DNA of 64,000 nt, taken from contig SMSO01000037.1 in the NCBI GenBank assembly GCA_004764695.1, positions 596,747 through 660,746 of the forward strand, read 5' to 3'. The first letter of the stretch is position 1, and each line of letters begins with the position of its first letter. Of this stretch, positions 12,501 to 23,783 are shown piece by piece. The notes beneath the pieces are model-generated. The model had not been told where the DNA came from. It saw only the letters and a program-made list of their open reading frames with translations, and did not search any database. Source of the DNA: Schizochytrium sp. TIO01. Lineage: Eukaryota > Protista > Bigyra: Labyrinthulomycetes. A program made the translations under genes and the position numbers.

Positions 12501-13956
12501 AAGTGCTTCCAGCTTTTCGGTGTGGACAAGGATAAGAGCATCCGACGACGCAAAGTCAATGAAAAGTAGACTATGAACGTCATTCAGATCTTCTTCATAG
12601 GAAAGAAAAACTGTCCAAAACAACATTTGATGAAGTACTCCACGTGCGTCGGCGTTTTTCCACTGGGGATACCAAAGGCTCAGCTCCATAATCGATGCTA
12701 CCTCGGTGATGTGCAGGAAATGTTGAAAAGTTGCGACCGCTCGAGGGGTCCTCTTCAGTAGAGCTGCTCATGTCACCAGTCGATTGAGTTTTTTTTAAAG
12801 TTTTACGGAGTTGGTTAACAGGGCTGTACACCCGACGAACTGTGGCACCTACTCCTGTGCGTGTGCGCATAATCTCACCTTCGTCTTCCGAACTGGCTGT
12901 ATGCACAAGAGGTGCTGGCATCGTGCTATTTACATCATTCATGTCCGAGACACTTCTCCCGAATGATTGTGGAGCATACGGAGGAGCGCCCGGGATAGAG
13001 TCTAACCCTAGTAGAGGCATTTCGAGTGTCCCTGCCTCTCCTGATGCTCTTGGGGAGGCATATGAGGTCGACCTTGGCGATTTTGACGATAGAAAAGATG
13101 CTTTGAGTGCCTTGGCTCTGATTCTGCGGGACTTTGACCGTTTGCTCTTCCTATTTTTTCCTCTCTTCTTTTTGCTATGCTCCTCCGTTGCAATACCTGT
13201 CGCTGTTTCGGTTGTTTCTGCTGCTGTTCCTTTAGCGTCATCGTTCTTTGCTCCGGATGTTTCACACAGAATTTGTTTCTCCGAATTCTCTGCACTTTCA
13301 TCTTCGCTATCTTCCTCGTCATCTTCATCTGCATCATCGTCTTCATCCTCATGTTCGTCCTCTAGAGCATTGTCTCCACTGTTTACTTCTCTACCTTGTT
13401 CATGTGCACTGCTGTCGTCCTTTACATCTCTATTTCGCTGTTCTTCTTTATTATCGTGATGGTGATGATGATGATGATGATGATGATGGTGATGGTGGTG
13501 ATGGTGGAGATGTTGCCAAAGACTTTCATGATCTTGCTCACGAAGGCCCTCCGTTGCGCTCTTCCCGTTGTGCCGCTCGAGGTAGTCTCCCTCGCCATCC
13601 TCGTCCGTCTGGACGTCTTCCTCTGCGAAGTTCTCAAGGACGTCGTCGTCGTCGACTTGAGCGGCGTCCTCATCATCGTCGTCACCGCCAAGCTGTCTGC
13701 CAACATTGGCGATGTCGTCCTCCATGCTGCGCATTAGCTCTGAAAGGCCTTCAAGGTTCACGGACCGCGAGCTGGACATGGTGCCAATGCTGCTGCTCCG
13801 CTGCCGTAGGAACTCGCGGCGCCGCTGCTGTGATGATGGTCGCTCGCGCCGCTCCCGCCGCTGCTGTCGCCGCTGCTGTTGGTGCCGCTCAAGACGAAGC
13901 TGTGTGGTAGCCTCATCGTCGAAACCTCCCTCGCGGTCACCTCTCATCGTAGTCAT
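9543..13956 (-). CDS. Inositol polyphosphate 5-phosphatase with disordered N-terminus, C2 domain and C-terminal CaaX; encoded in two overlapping frames (break near 12595-12615)
   Basis: Motifs TWNVGN, VIGLQE, GANKGG, CHLAAH, MGDLNYRID, PSYCDRILW, SDHKPV. C2-like LKVRNLSSRDYDGQASPFIVF...AVWDLD. Ends CCSLQ. The upstream 472-aa ORF (first ATG 13956) overlaps the catalytic ORF, which lies in its +1 frame. Confidence 0.85.
13456..13506 (-). repeat. CAY codon repeat encoding His17
   Basis: 17 consecutive CAC/CAT codons in the 5-phosphatase N-terminal ORF. Confidence 0.9.
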
Positions 13957-16569
13957 CGTCCTGCGCCGCTCCTGGCGCGTGTGATCACGACGGAGGATCG
14001 AAGTATGATCCACGATTTGATTTGATTTGATTGTTGATTGTTTGATGTTTTTTTTTTTTTTTTTTTTTCGTTCTTCAAGTCTAAAAATGAAATAGAAAAG
14101 TCGATATAAAATTTATTTATCTGTTTTTTCCTTTTAAAAAAAGAATGTTTCATTTAGGTACTCTATACTTTTCCCAACTTGAAGTCTTCAAGCTCATTTA
14201 TTTTTTAATTTGGAAATCATATAATATACTAGTAAATAAAACAAATAAATAAATAAAAGGAATTCCAAGTCACCCTTTATTAGAAACCAGAACAAGCTTA
14301 TTCAGGTTTACAAAGGACCAATCTTGAACAGTCGGTAGCCTATTCGACGCCCTAATTCCAGATAGACAAGAGTTGGTTTCCTTTCCTTCCTTCCCCATTT
14401 TGTTAATTTGTCTGTTTTTATTGGAACTACTCCTGCCTCCTAATACAAGTCGATTTATCCTCTTCTGTTATAGGATGTATTCCTAGCGCTGAGACGGGTT
14501 TTCCCTAAATAAACATCGCCATGAGAATGAACGAATGAATAAAATGAAAATGAATGAATGAATGAATAAATGAAGGAAGCGTGTATTGTTCGCCTGTTCT
14601 TCAACTCATTTGTTCGCCTTTGACTGACCTCGCCCCATGCCTCGGCCTCAACTCGATGCGTTCTCTGTTGAGATGTGTTGGTTGAACCTCTGTTGTCCAA
14701 AAAGGTCTGAGCTCGACCCGTTGGACGCTAGCTAGTTTCATTTGTGACTTTGGTTTCTCTTTTCTCATTTGTTTCTCGTGTGCTTGTCGCTTGAGGTTCT
14801 TACAGTTCCTGCAGATTAGGTCATCCTGCCCACTGTCAGGCCTGGTTGGCGGTACGAAGTCCAGGCTAGCGACGCGCTTGGAAAGAACCGGTCTAGTCGA
14901 GCGAGGCTTCGAGGTCCGCCTTGGTCTCGCGACTGATGTTGGTGCGGTCAGCTATGTCGGCAACGTGCTGCTGCTTCAATCAGAAACACTGTTTCATAGA
15001 TGAGACTGGTGTCAAGAGACCACTGTGAAAGCCATGGTCAGATGAACCCCGAGGCAACTTAAGCGAGCTGGCGATGAGCTCTGAGGTATGCGATGCTCTA
15101 CGCTCAGTGCCTTCTGTGCGTGCATTTGATGGCTTTGGTCGATCTGGTTATTGAGCTGCGATATGGAGTTTGTAGGAGTGAGGGCTGGAAACGTGGTCAT
15201 TCTATTCGTGAATCAGTTTGTTTGCAACGTGAGGGATCCTTGCTTGTTTATGATCTCGTGACGCCAGAGCTTCTTCTTCGATGTCCTGCTCGACTGAGTC
15301 CAGGGTCTCGTGGATCGTGATGTTGCCGGGGAGGGCTCCAAAACACCCAACTTGTGACGTGGATAGATATGGCCCGCGAGGACTCCCTGGGTTGGACGAT
15401 TGCTTTTTCTGTCTCGACTCACTTCTGTTGGGTCTTGCAATAAATTCTGGCATTCTCGTGCTCACAGGCATCTCCGCCACCGCGCTCCAAGCTGATCGCT
15501 CGGCCTCAGGTATCGTGTATCTCTTCACAGGTAGAAGGCTCGATCGAAAGCAAGTTGCACATCTTCTCTTGGATGGCTTTGCTTTGTAGTTCTCGACGAC
15601 AGCGTACCCGTCAAATGCGGAGGTATGCTTGGTTTGCAATCGTGATAGTTTTACATTGCCAAACAAGAACCACACATCCTCGCGCATTCACCAACGCTCC
15701 GCGAGAAGACCCCGGGCAAAGGACCCGAAGCTTCATGCACGCACTCACTCCCGTCGAGGCCAATGCAATCATCTCCGGCACTCGAGGACTTGGCTTGTGT
15801 AATTTCGCCAGAAGCTGGTTTCTCCAAAGAACTAAATTAGCGCTTCCTTCACAGACAGTCGCCTTCCGACACAGGCCTTCATCGGAATGCGTACATTTAG
15901 GAGGCGGAGGTCCTCACCATGTCTTCAGCACCGCATTGTGCGATCGATCGGCGTCTTGAAGCCTTCGATCTCCTCTCTAAGTCTGCGCCAACTTTACAGT
16001 TTCCTTCGATGTCAGACATCGAAGACCTCTGCAGCATAGTAAGTCCTATCTGACATTAGCGCACTCTTAGGCGAAGGAGGGAGGGAGGGAGGGACCAAGT
16101 CTCAGGAAGAAGGCAAAAGTTGCAAGTTCGACTGTTTCATCGCGTGAAGAGATGAGCGGCCCCTGCGTCGATGGGTGGGTGGCTGGGCACCTAGGCGCCT
16201 ACGCCTCGCTCCGTGGTGATCGTCGGCTCATGTTCCCGCGAGACCAAGCGGACAGGAGCTCAAGGCACACGGAGTTGGTGACTGCCGCATCGGACTCTTG
16301 AGCGTCTGAGAACCTCGAGTTCCTACACCGTAGCACTACCTACTGCGGCACTAGGGTGGTCTCTTTTCTTCTCTTACTTTGGTACTATGGTCATTCGTTT
16401 TCGTTTTATTAGTGCGATTGCCTTTGAAAATAAAAATATGGCAAAAAACTTTGAAATTGAGGATACTTTTATATTTTATGTTCTTATAGCTTGCCACTTA
16501 GCAAAACATGTAGCTGCCGCTTACCCCTCTTTAAAAGAAAAGAAATTTAATATATATATATTTTTTCTT

Positions 16570-16625
16570 ATTTAATAAAAATGATTAATTGATTTAATAA
16601 AAATGATTAATTGATTTAATAAAAA
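16570..16625. repeat. 22-bp AT-rich tandem duplication (ATTTAATAAAAATGATTAATTG, about 2.5 copies)
   Basis: Seen directly in the sequence. Confidence 0.9.
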
Positions 16626-19325
16626 TTAAAAAACGATTAAAAGTTATGAAAAACCGTTTTAAATTCTATGTATATACATATATACATATCAATGTGTATG
16701 GAGTGATTTTTTAATTTGTTTTGTAAGTTCTTGCCTCTCCTTGAACGAGTCTGCCTCCACGTTCATTTCGATGTTCATTCGTTTCTTATTTCATCTCGCT
16801 CGAGCCTCGAGGCTCACGCGATCCTCAGCTGACCACATAACCGCAAGTGTCAGTTTTGCTAAAGCACGTGATCGGGCGAAAGCATTAGCTGACCCCAGAG
16901 GGCGCAAATGCGCATAGATTTATTGGTTTGCAGTCTTTTCACCACTCTTAAATTCCATCTGTGACCGTCTTTGCTTTCCGCTATGACGGCGCACGACATC
17001 TCAAGTACGCAAACCACGATCATCGGAGCCAGTGGCGAAGGTGTCTGAAGGGCATGCACGGCTCTGCGGACGCGTGGCAAGCCGGCGATGACGGTCAATC
17101 ACGCCTGCCTGGGTTCGCAGGTCCCGCTCGAGGAAGGTCCCGCGAGCTGGGTCCGAAGGCTCAGCTCATCAGCCTCGTGGATCTGCTGGGAATGGCAAGC
17201 CAAAGCCGAAAACGCAGAGCACGACCTTGCACCTGGAGGGCCCGGTAGAGATGCGGCCTTGAAGGAAGCCGTATCGAGATAACATAACCAGGCTTGACCT
17301 GGAAAGCGAGATAGTGGAAGAGTTATCTGTGCTTTCCAGGTCTCGCAAAGTTGGTGCTGTAAACGAGTTGAAAAGCGCAAGAAAAAAGCACGTCAAAATC
17401 AACACGACAAGATTGCAAAGAGTGTCGAAGCCGCGAGAAGGGCTTTGTAGGCACGGGAACCTCTGCTGATGGAGCGGGGCAACTGGTGTCGCGTCTGCGA
17501 AGGTGCGTCTGACACAGCTCTTGAAGGCACTGCCTCAGGTTCTGAGCTTCTGGAGTCGTGCATGTGAAACTAGCAGAGTCGGTCCATTCACGGAAAGGGC
17601 TCGGAGGGCTGGACAATGACATCTTCAAGGTCCCGGCTAGAATCGATCCTAGTCATGAACAAGCTCGATTTCATCTGTAACGAGTCATCTCGGAGTTCTA
17701 GGTTGCGCACAGATTGGTTTGATGAAGGAGCTTTTATTCTGTTGAGTACTTATCCGGACATGGAAATTTGTGAAAGAGGCTCACATGCCTTTATCTGAAC
17801 CTCCATAATGGGAACCAGATGTGAGGTCTGGATAGCAATCGACCCGCCGTAGACGCCTTTCTATCACTATGGCAAGGTAGGGAGGTCGATGTCCAATGGT
17901 AGAAACTAGTGCGTTGGGTTTTTTTGCTGGCAAAACACTCTTAAAAGGCCGAAATCTCGTAATACTTCACTCTTGTCATATGTGACCAGGCATGGTACTT
18001 ATGCAGATAAATTAGCGGGTACGCAAATAAATGCTATAAGTAACCTCCATCGTCACTCAGCAATGTACGGAGGGACCCCTAATTGGGGTGGCCAGATCGC
18101 TGCTAGTGAATCTGCTTAAATACATTAAAAATATTAAAAACATATATATATGAAAAATAGGTAGATCGACTAGGAAAGAAATTTGCGAACAGCATTGAAT
18201 AGGATGATATCTTTTATTTTGTGTATGAGAGTAAACTTGAAATTGAGGAAGTAGAACCAAAAAGCTAACCATTCTGAAACAAATTCTGTGCTATATTGGT
18301 TGGCCTGTCTTACATGCATTTGTTTTTAACTAATTATATATCTCTGCATTGCGGACCTGCAGATGGCTAAAGCCAGGTAAATATATCAATCTGCTATAGC
18401 TTTCTCCATATTTGTAGCATTCCAGCCATGTCGAGAGTTCCCCGCAATGCCTCTATGTGCTGAAATAGAAGAAGGTTTGTGTAATCAATAACACGTCTCC
18501 GGGCACCACCTGTTGGGTTAACTGACAATCTTTTTACCTCATTTTGGCTTGGCATGGCAACGAAGTTATAAAGGTTTCGTAAACATCGCAGATGTCTTTT
18601 AGACAGATGACATTCATGTTCAGGACTGTCAATCAATATTGTGAGCCGATGGCTGCTTCGTCGAGCAGGTGCCTGCCTACCCACTCCTAGATTTGCATCC
18701 TAAATAATAATCAGTGTCCAAGATTATTGGTTCAGTCACACACAACGCTCCACCTCATAAATCGATTGATTTTCGTTGACACATAATAAAGCACTTAAAA
18801 CAAGTAGAAGATGTTTCATCCGCAGTCTCGCTCACAGCTTAGCAATTAGAAAAGCAGGCGGTGGCAATTTGCAAGTGCCACAGTTACCAAAGAGGTTTCC
18901 CCAAACCATTGGCCGATCGCATTTTATTTGATAATACTTCCCAATAAAAAAGAAAAGAAAAGAAAAGAAAGAAATACTTATCGTAATTCTTAAAACTTCA
19001 AAATCTTTCTCTCCGCAACCCACAAGAAAAAGAAAGACGAATACCGATAGGATAATCTTCGCGCCAATATCATATTATCTTTAATCTCCAAAACTGTGTC
19101 CACACGTACCCTCAAATCGTTGCAGGTGGCCAAGTACACGAGCTACTCGTCGCCCAAAGCAACGTTGCGAATTGGCCTGGTCTAGACGCCTCTCTGCGTT
19201 TTCCTAAAACAGTTCCGTCCCGAGACTCAACTGAATTCGTAACCAAGGAACAGACTATTGTTCTGCAGCCAAAACCACAACTCGTGTGGACGAAGAACTT
19301 GGCGGTAGGAGCTTCTGCGCCCAAG

Positions 19326-22300
19326 ATGGAGACCGTGTGGGAGCTCGAGGAGGGCTCGGAGACATATGGGAGCATGCGAGGCGGCATTGGAAAAGAAACT
19401 GCTCGCTTCGAATTCGACTTGGACGAAGGCGGGTATTACTACTTTGCATGTTCTTTGCCGTATGCGCTTAATGAGCAGGGCACTTACCGCTTTGAGCGAT
19501 GGAAAATACAGAACTCGATGTGGATGCGGAGATTCACAGCAGAGACATCACAATCATTGTTCTCTGTTGATGTTCGGCTCGAGGTGGATAGCCCATTCCG
19601 CAGGGGTCTCTTCAAATCCTTTATGGTGCTCGATCTTTCAGGCGAAAAAGAGGCATACAAATGTTTCGAAGTCCCATCTTCATTTACCCCAGCTCACGTC
19701 ACCGTGAGCCTTGAAGGCCATTCGTTCACTAAGAAACTTAAAGTTGTAGCAACTTGCCACAGATACGGCAATGCACCAACCACATCCAAAGAACGCGAAA
19801 TTGTTGCCCGCATGGGACAATACTTTGTGCGCCAAACAATGAATGTCGGCAAAGGGGACTATCAGCAAATTATGCAAGCAGAACGTGAAAGCCTTATTAA
19901 AGATACACAGCTGCACGATTTAATGGAAGATGGGGAATTTAGGGATCAAGTTCTCAAAGCTGCGATACAGAATGCTCCACCATCTGCGGCAAAAACCCCG
20001 CCTATTCCATCCTCCTCGTCCACATCAGGGTCTCGAAGTAAGCCCAAGGTAGAAGGTGCCATCAAAAAGAGTAAATCCAAACTTCGTCTTCCTTCCAAAG
20101 TCAAGCTTCTTTCACGAACTCGCACAAACTCAGATTCCGCTGCAAGTACTCGGTCTGACCCGTTGCTAACAGCTGGGCGGGGCAGTCTACTTGCTGTCAA
20201 GAATGATCCAGACAACGGATCAAATAACTCTCTTCGCCGCAATTCAAGTCGAGGCACCTCAGGTGCTAACACAAAGGGTGACGACGCCGGAGTAATGTAT
20301 GAAATTGAATCGACTACGACTATTGGGGATGCAATGTTTTATTTGCTTGAACAAAGGGTTTCTTCTGTACCTGTCTGGGATGAGCTACGGCGAGACTATC
20401 TTGGTCTGTTTGACATTGAAGATGCCATGAGTTTCACACTGAAACTCAGGGCCGCGCGCCGTCGCCGTGCTTCGTCAGTGCTTGTGTCTCGAACAGATCC
20501 TCTTAGTATTCATGGTGTACCTCTGAACTCTTCTGAAACCTCGCATTGGTTTGGACTTGACCTCCCAGTTTCGGTGTTCTTTCGAGAGCATAATCGACAT
20601 CTAGCACGCTGGCAGCCTCTGACAGTTTCCACGCCAATGATTAAGGTCTTGGCGGCTCTGACAAAGGACGTGAAGCGCATTCCTGTAGCTGACCCTAGCA
20701 CTGGGCGAATCATCAAGGTGATTTCACAGTCAGAGATTATTCACCAGGTCTTTTATCGACTGCTTCGCAGCACAACAGCCGACTCAGTCAAAGAGTACTT
20801 TGACACCACTGAACTTAACGAAGACGCTGTAGACCGTGGTATTACTGTATACTCGCTTTCCGATTCAGTTCTTAACCCGTTCCAGAGGATTATGAATAAC
20901 GATGAGGTTGATGCGGTACCTATTGTGGATTCGAGAGGGCGACTTGTTGCTACCATTGCATCCGTTGATGCATGGTTTCTTTGTAAACTAGAAATGGATG
21001 AAAACGAGCCTTTTGATCTCAACAATCTCTCAGTTGGTGACTTTTTGGATCATGCAAATACATTATCAGAAATGCATCTGGGAAAAACTAGGTATGAAGC
21101 TGTCCCAATTCAAGTATCTACTTCACTCAAAGCCTCGATCGCAAAAATTGTTCAGCACAAGGTGCATGGAGTATTTGTTGTTGACGAGGCTGAAAAACCT
21201 ATCGGGCGAATTAATGTTCAAAACATTATCGAAGCCATGGCTCGCGATGCAGTACAAGTGTTTGGTCGTTACGAAAACGTCGCGAACGTTTTTCTGTGGG
21301 ACAAAACTTCACCAGACCCTCGACGGCCTACTGTCTCTGAAACAGTACGACTTGCAGCACTGCGTAGTGCGAAGACAAGAGCATCGCTCACACGGCACTC
21401 CCCACTTGTGGATAACGACTTGAGCCAGTTCCCACCGCCTGTTCCTCCACCGCATTCTTCCATAGCAGGGGATGGGCCTCCTCCCCAAAGCTTGTCTGGT
21501 CAAACGCACGAGGTGCGGCGGTCACTGTCTTCGGCATCTGGCAAGTCAGGCAAATCGGTCCTAGCATCAGTTTTATCAGGGAACTTTGGGGAAACAAACT
21601 CAAACGACGCGAACGATATTCTTAATCATCTAATTGTGCACTCGATGGAAGAGGATGCGGAGCAGGCAAAGCAACGGACACGAGCAAGAAGCGTCGACTC
21701 GGTGTCGCAACTTTCCACTACTTCTCAGGGTTCTTTGGATGAGCATGGCAATCGTAAAAGCTCGTTATCTCTAGCGTCGAGCCCAGGTCCGCGCATAGCA
21801 CCATTTACTTTTGAGGAGCCTATCTCGACAAATACGAATGAAGACGGCCAGACACCGTTGCCGAGCCCGCCCAGTTATCATACACCTACACCAACAGCTG
21901 CTGTAGCAGCGTCGCACATGGATATTGCCCTGAAACGTTTTGCGCAAGAGACGCCAGACAGTGTTTTACCCGTTGATCTTCAGCGTCAACTTGAAGCGGC
22001 TCTTCCACCAGGACTCCGTACGGTAGGTCACTGGTCTCGAAGCTTCTCTTTGCGTCGTGATGGTTCATCTACATTGGCAATTCTCGAGCTTCTGTCTAAG
22101 TCGTGCGATCCTGTCGTAATTGCCATACAGGACCAAAAGGGTTCTGTGTTTGGTGGCTTTTTGCCATCAGGTCTGTATGTTGACGAGTCCATGAACATAA
22201 ACAGTTTTGTTGAAGGACCGAATGGTGATGGAAACAGCTTTGTGTACACATTTGGACGTCCGGCCTCCAAGATGGACATGTTGCGCATTTATCGGTGGAC

Positions 22301-22520
22301 AGGTGCAAATCGGTTTTTCAGACTTTTGAGTTCGCAAGGGGGGTTTGCAATGGGCGGGGGGAATCGTGGTTTTGCATTCTATATTGACGAAGTGCTCACC
22401 TTGGGTACAAGCCAGGCTAGTGCGACGTATGCAAATGATTGCCTTGCGTCGGGAGAGACGTTCGAGTGTATCAACTTAGAAATATACACGATTACTACAT
22501 CTCTTCGGGCCTCGTGTTAA
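19326..22520 (+). CDS. CBS-domain (two Bateman pairs) plus C-terminal TLDc domain protein
   Basis: CBS motifs VSSVPVWD..YLGLFDIEDA, VKRIPVADP..GRIIKVISQSEII, VDAVPIVDSRGRLVATIAS, VHGVFVVDEAEKPIGRIN. TLDc motifs FSLRRDGSS, IQDQKGSVFGGF, YRWTGANRFF, AMGGG..GFAFYID..L..GTS..SATYANDCL, FECINLEIY. Likely ATG 19326 (CAAGATGG). Confidence 0.88.
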   Translation: METVWELEEGSETYGSMRGGIGKETARFEFDLDEGGYYYFACSLPYALNEQGTYRFERWKIQNSMWMRRFTAETSQSLFSVDVRLEVDSPFRRGLFKSFMVLDLSGEKEAYKCFEVPSSFTPAHVTVSLEGHSFTKKLKVVATCHRYGNAPTTSKEREIVARMGQYFVRQTMNVGKGDYQQIMQAERESLIKDTQLHDLMEDGEFRDQVLKAAIQNAPPSAAKTPPIPSSSSTSGSRSKPKVEGAIKKSKSKLRLPSKVKLLSRTRTNSDSAASTRSDPLLTAGRGSLLAVKNDPDNGSNNSLRRNSSRGTSGANTKGDDAGVMYEIESTTTIGDAMFYLLEQRVSSVPVWDELRRDYLGLFDIEDAMSFTLKLRAARRRRASSVLVSRTDPLSIHGVPLNSSETSHWFGLDLPVSVFFREHNRHLARWQPLTVSTPMIKVLAALTKDVKRIPVADPSTGRIIKVISQSEIIHQVFYRLLRSTTADSVKEYFDTTELNEDAVDRGITVYSLSDSVLNPFQRIMNNDEVDAVPIVDSRGRLVATIASVDAWFLCKLEMDENEPFDLNNLSVGDFLDHANTLSEMHLGKTRYEAVPIQVSTSLKASIAKIVQHKVHGVFVVDEAEKPIGRINVQNIIEAMARDAVQVFGRYENVANVFLWDKTSPDPRRPTVSETVRLAALRSAKTRASLTRHSPLVDNDLSQFPPPVPPPHSSIAGDGPPPQSLSGQTHEVRRSLSSASGKSGKSVLASVLSGNFGETNSNDANDILNHLIVHSMEEDAEQAKQRTRARSVDSVSQLSTTSQGSLDEHGNRKSSLSLASSPGPRIAPFTFEEPISTNTNEDGQTPLPSPPSYHTPTPTAAVAASHMDIALKRFAQETPDSVLPVDLQRQLEAALPPGLRTVGHWSRSFSLRRDGSSTLAILELLSKSCDPVVIAIQDQKGSVFGGFLPSGLYVDESMNINSFVEGPNGDGNSFVYTFGRPASKMDMLRIYRWTGANRFFRLLSSQGGFAMGGGNRGFAFYIDEVLTLGTSQASATYANDCLASGETFECINLEIYTITTSLRASC

Positions 22521-22829
22521 TTGTTTTCCCCTTTATAACTCTCTGCTTGTAAAACGATGAGTATCTACCAAGAGTAATTTTATCTGTTCATTACTCGCTT
22601 TGTTTTATTTCTAAAAGGAGAAGCATATTAAAATAGTTCTCATTTGGCGAGCTTAGAGTTGCTTCATTGGCTAGATAGGATAGACTCACACGTTGAACAC
22701 AGGTTTTTTATGTTTTTTTAATATTTTTATATTGGTTTTAATTGGTATAGTCTGCATATTATCCATGACAATAAACAGAACAAAAACGTTTATGAAGATT
22801 CATCCTACAACCACAATCCACGAGTGAAA

Positions 22830-23783
22830 TTACTCAATCACGATGACGTCATCGTCATCGCTATTGCCATTCTCGTTGCTCTTATGTTTCTTAGTCCCAA
22901 GATCCACGCATTGCGACAGCTTTTCCTTGTCCTCTGTATTTGTGTCATTCTGATTGGCCTGATTCGACGCGTGCTCGCCCACTAAAACCAAGGACGACTT
23001 CCGCTTCTCTGCCTTCTGGTCTTGCACTATATTATTGTCAATTTCACTGTTATCCTTGTTGCGCTCGTCAATGCCCTGTGTTGGATCCCCACTAACATTT
23101 TTAGAAACAATGTTGTTATTCTTCGAATCATCGTTCTTCTTCTCTGCGTCTTTACTGTCACTCGAGATTGCAGTAATAGTATTCGCAGCGTCTTCGGTGT
23201 TACCATCTCTGCGTTTTCTGCCTGTCGTTGTATCATCCTTTTCGATATTCTCATTACCAGCACCTTTATTTTCGTCGTAGTCATCGTTTTGAACCTCGTT
23301 TTGAGCATCGTTTTGTACTGCATAGCGACGAGTGTAGTCCTTTGCAATCTTTGCAAATCTCTTAGGATCGCTGCGAAACTGCTCGCTAATTTCGGGCATA
23401 AGCGGGTCGTCGGGATTGGGTTCTGCGAGTAGCAGTCTGATCTGCGAAAGAACTTGTCCTATGTTGAGGCTGGGTTTCCAGGCACCTGAGGGCGGCATTT
23501 TGAGTGAATCCAGGCAAATGCGGCCTCCGCTGTCAACATTTGGGTGGTATACGCGTGTCACGAACTGTACTGCAGGAGGCTCATGAGGGTACCTCATTGG
23601 CACTGTTACACGCAGCGCAAAGGTGCCCCCTTCGAACGGAGACTCTGGGGGTCCCTGCAGCCGCGCTTCGAGCGCATCCACAGAATCAGTGCCATCGGAG
23701 GTCCGGGTTGGCCACACCGCCACGCCTGGTGGCGGATCTCGTGCCAGAAGGTCTAGCTCGCGCATAAGCCGTGCTTTCCTCAT
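22830..23783 (-). CDS. UBE2T: Ubiquitin-conjugating enzyme E2 T-like, with acidic/Asn-rich tail
   Basis: UBC fold with YHPNVDSGGRICLDSLKMPPSGAWKPSLNI, carrying the UBE2T-specific insertion. First ATG at 23783. Confidence 0.92.
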   Translation of the reverse strand: MRKARLMRELDLLARDPPPGVAVWPTRTSDGTDSVDALEARLQGPPESPFEGGTFALRVTVPMRYPHEPPAVQFVTRVYHPNVDSGGRICLDSLKMPPSGAWKPSLNIGQVLSQIRLLLAEPNPDDPLMPEISEQFRSDPKRFAKIAKDYTRRYAVQNDAQNEVQNDDYDENKGAGNENIEKDDTTTGRKRRDGNTEDAANTITAISSDSKDAEKKNDDSKNNNIVSKNVSGDPTQGIDERNKDNSEIDNNIVQDQKAEKRKSSLVLVGEHASNQANQNDTNTEDKEKLSQCVDLGTKKHKSNENGNSDDDDVIVIE

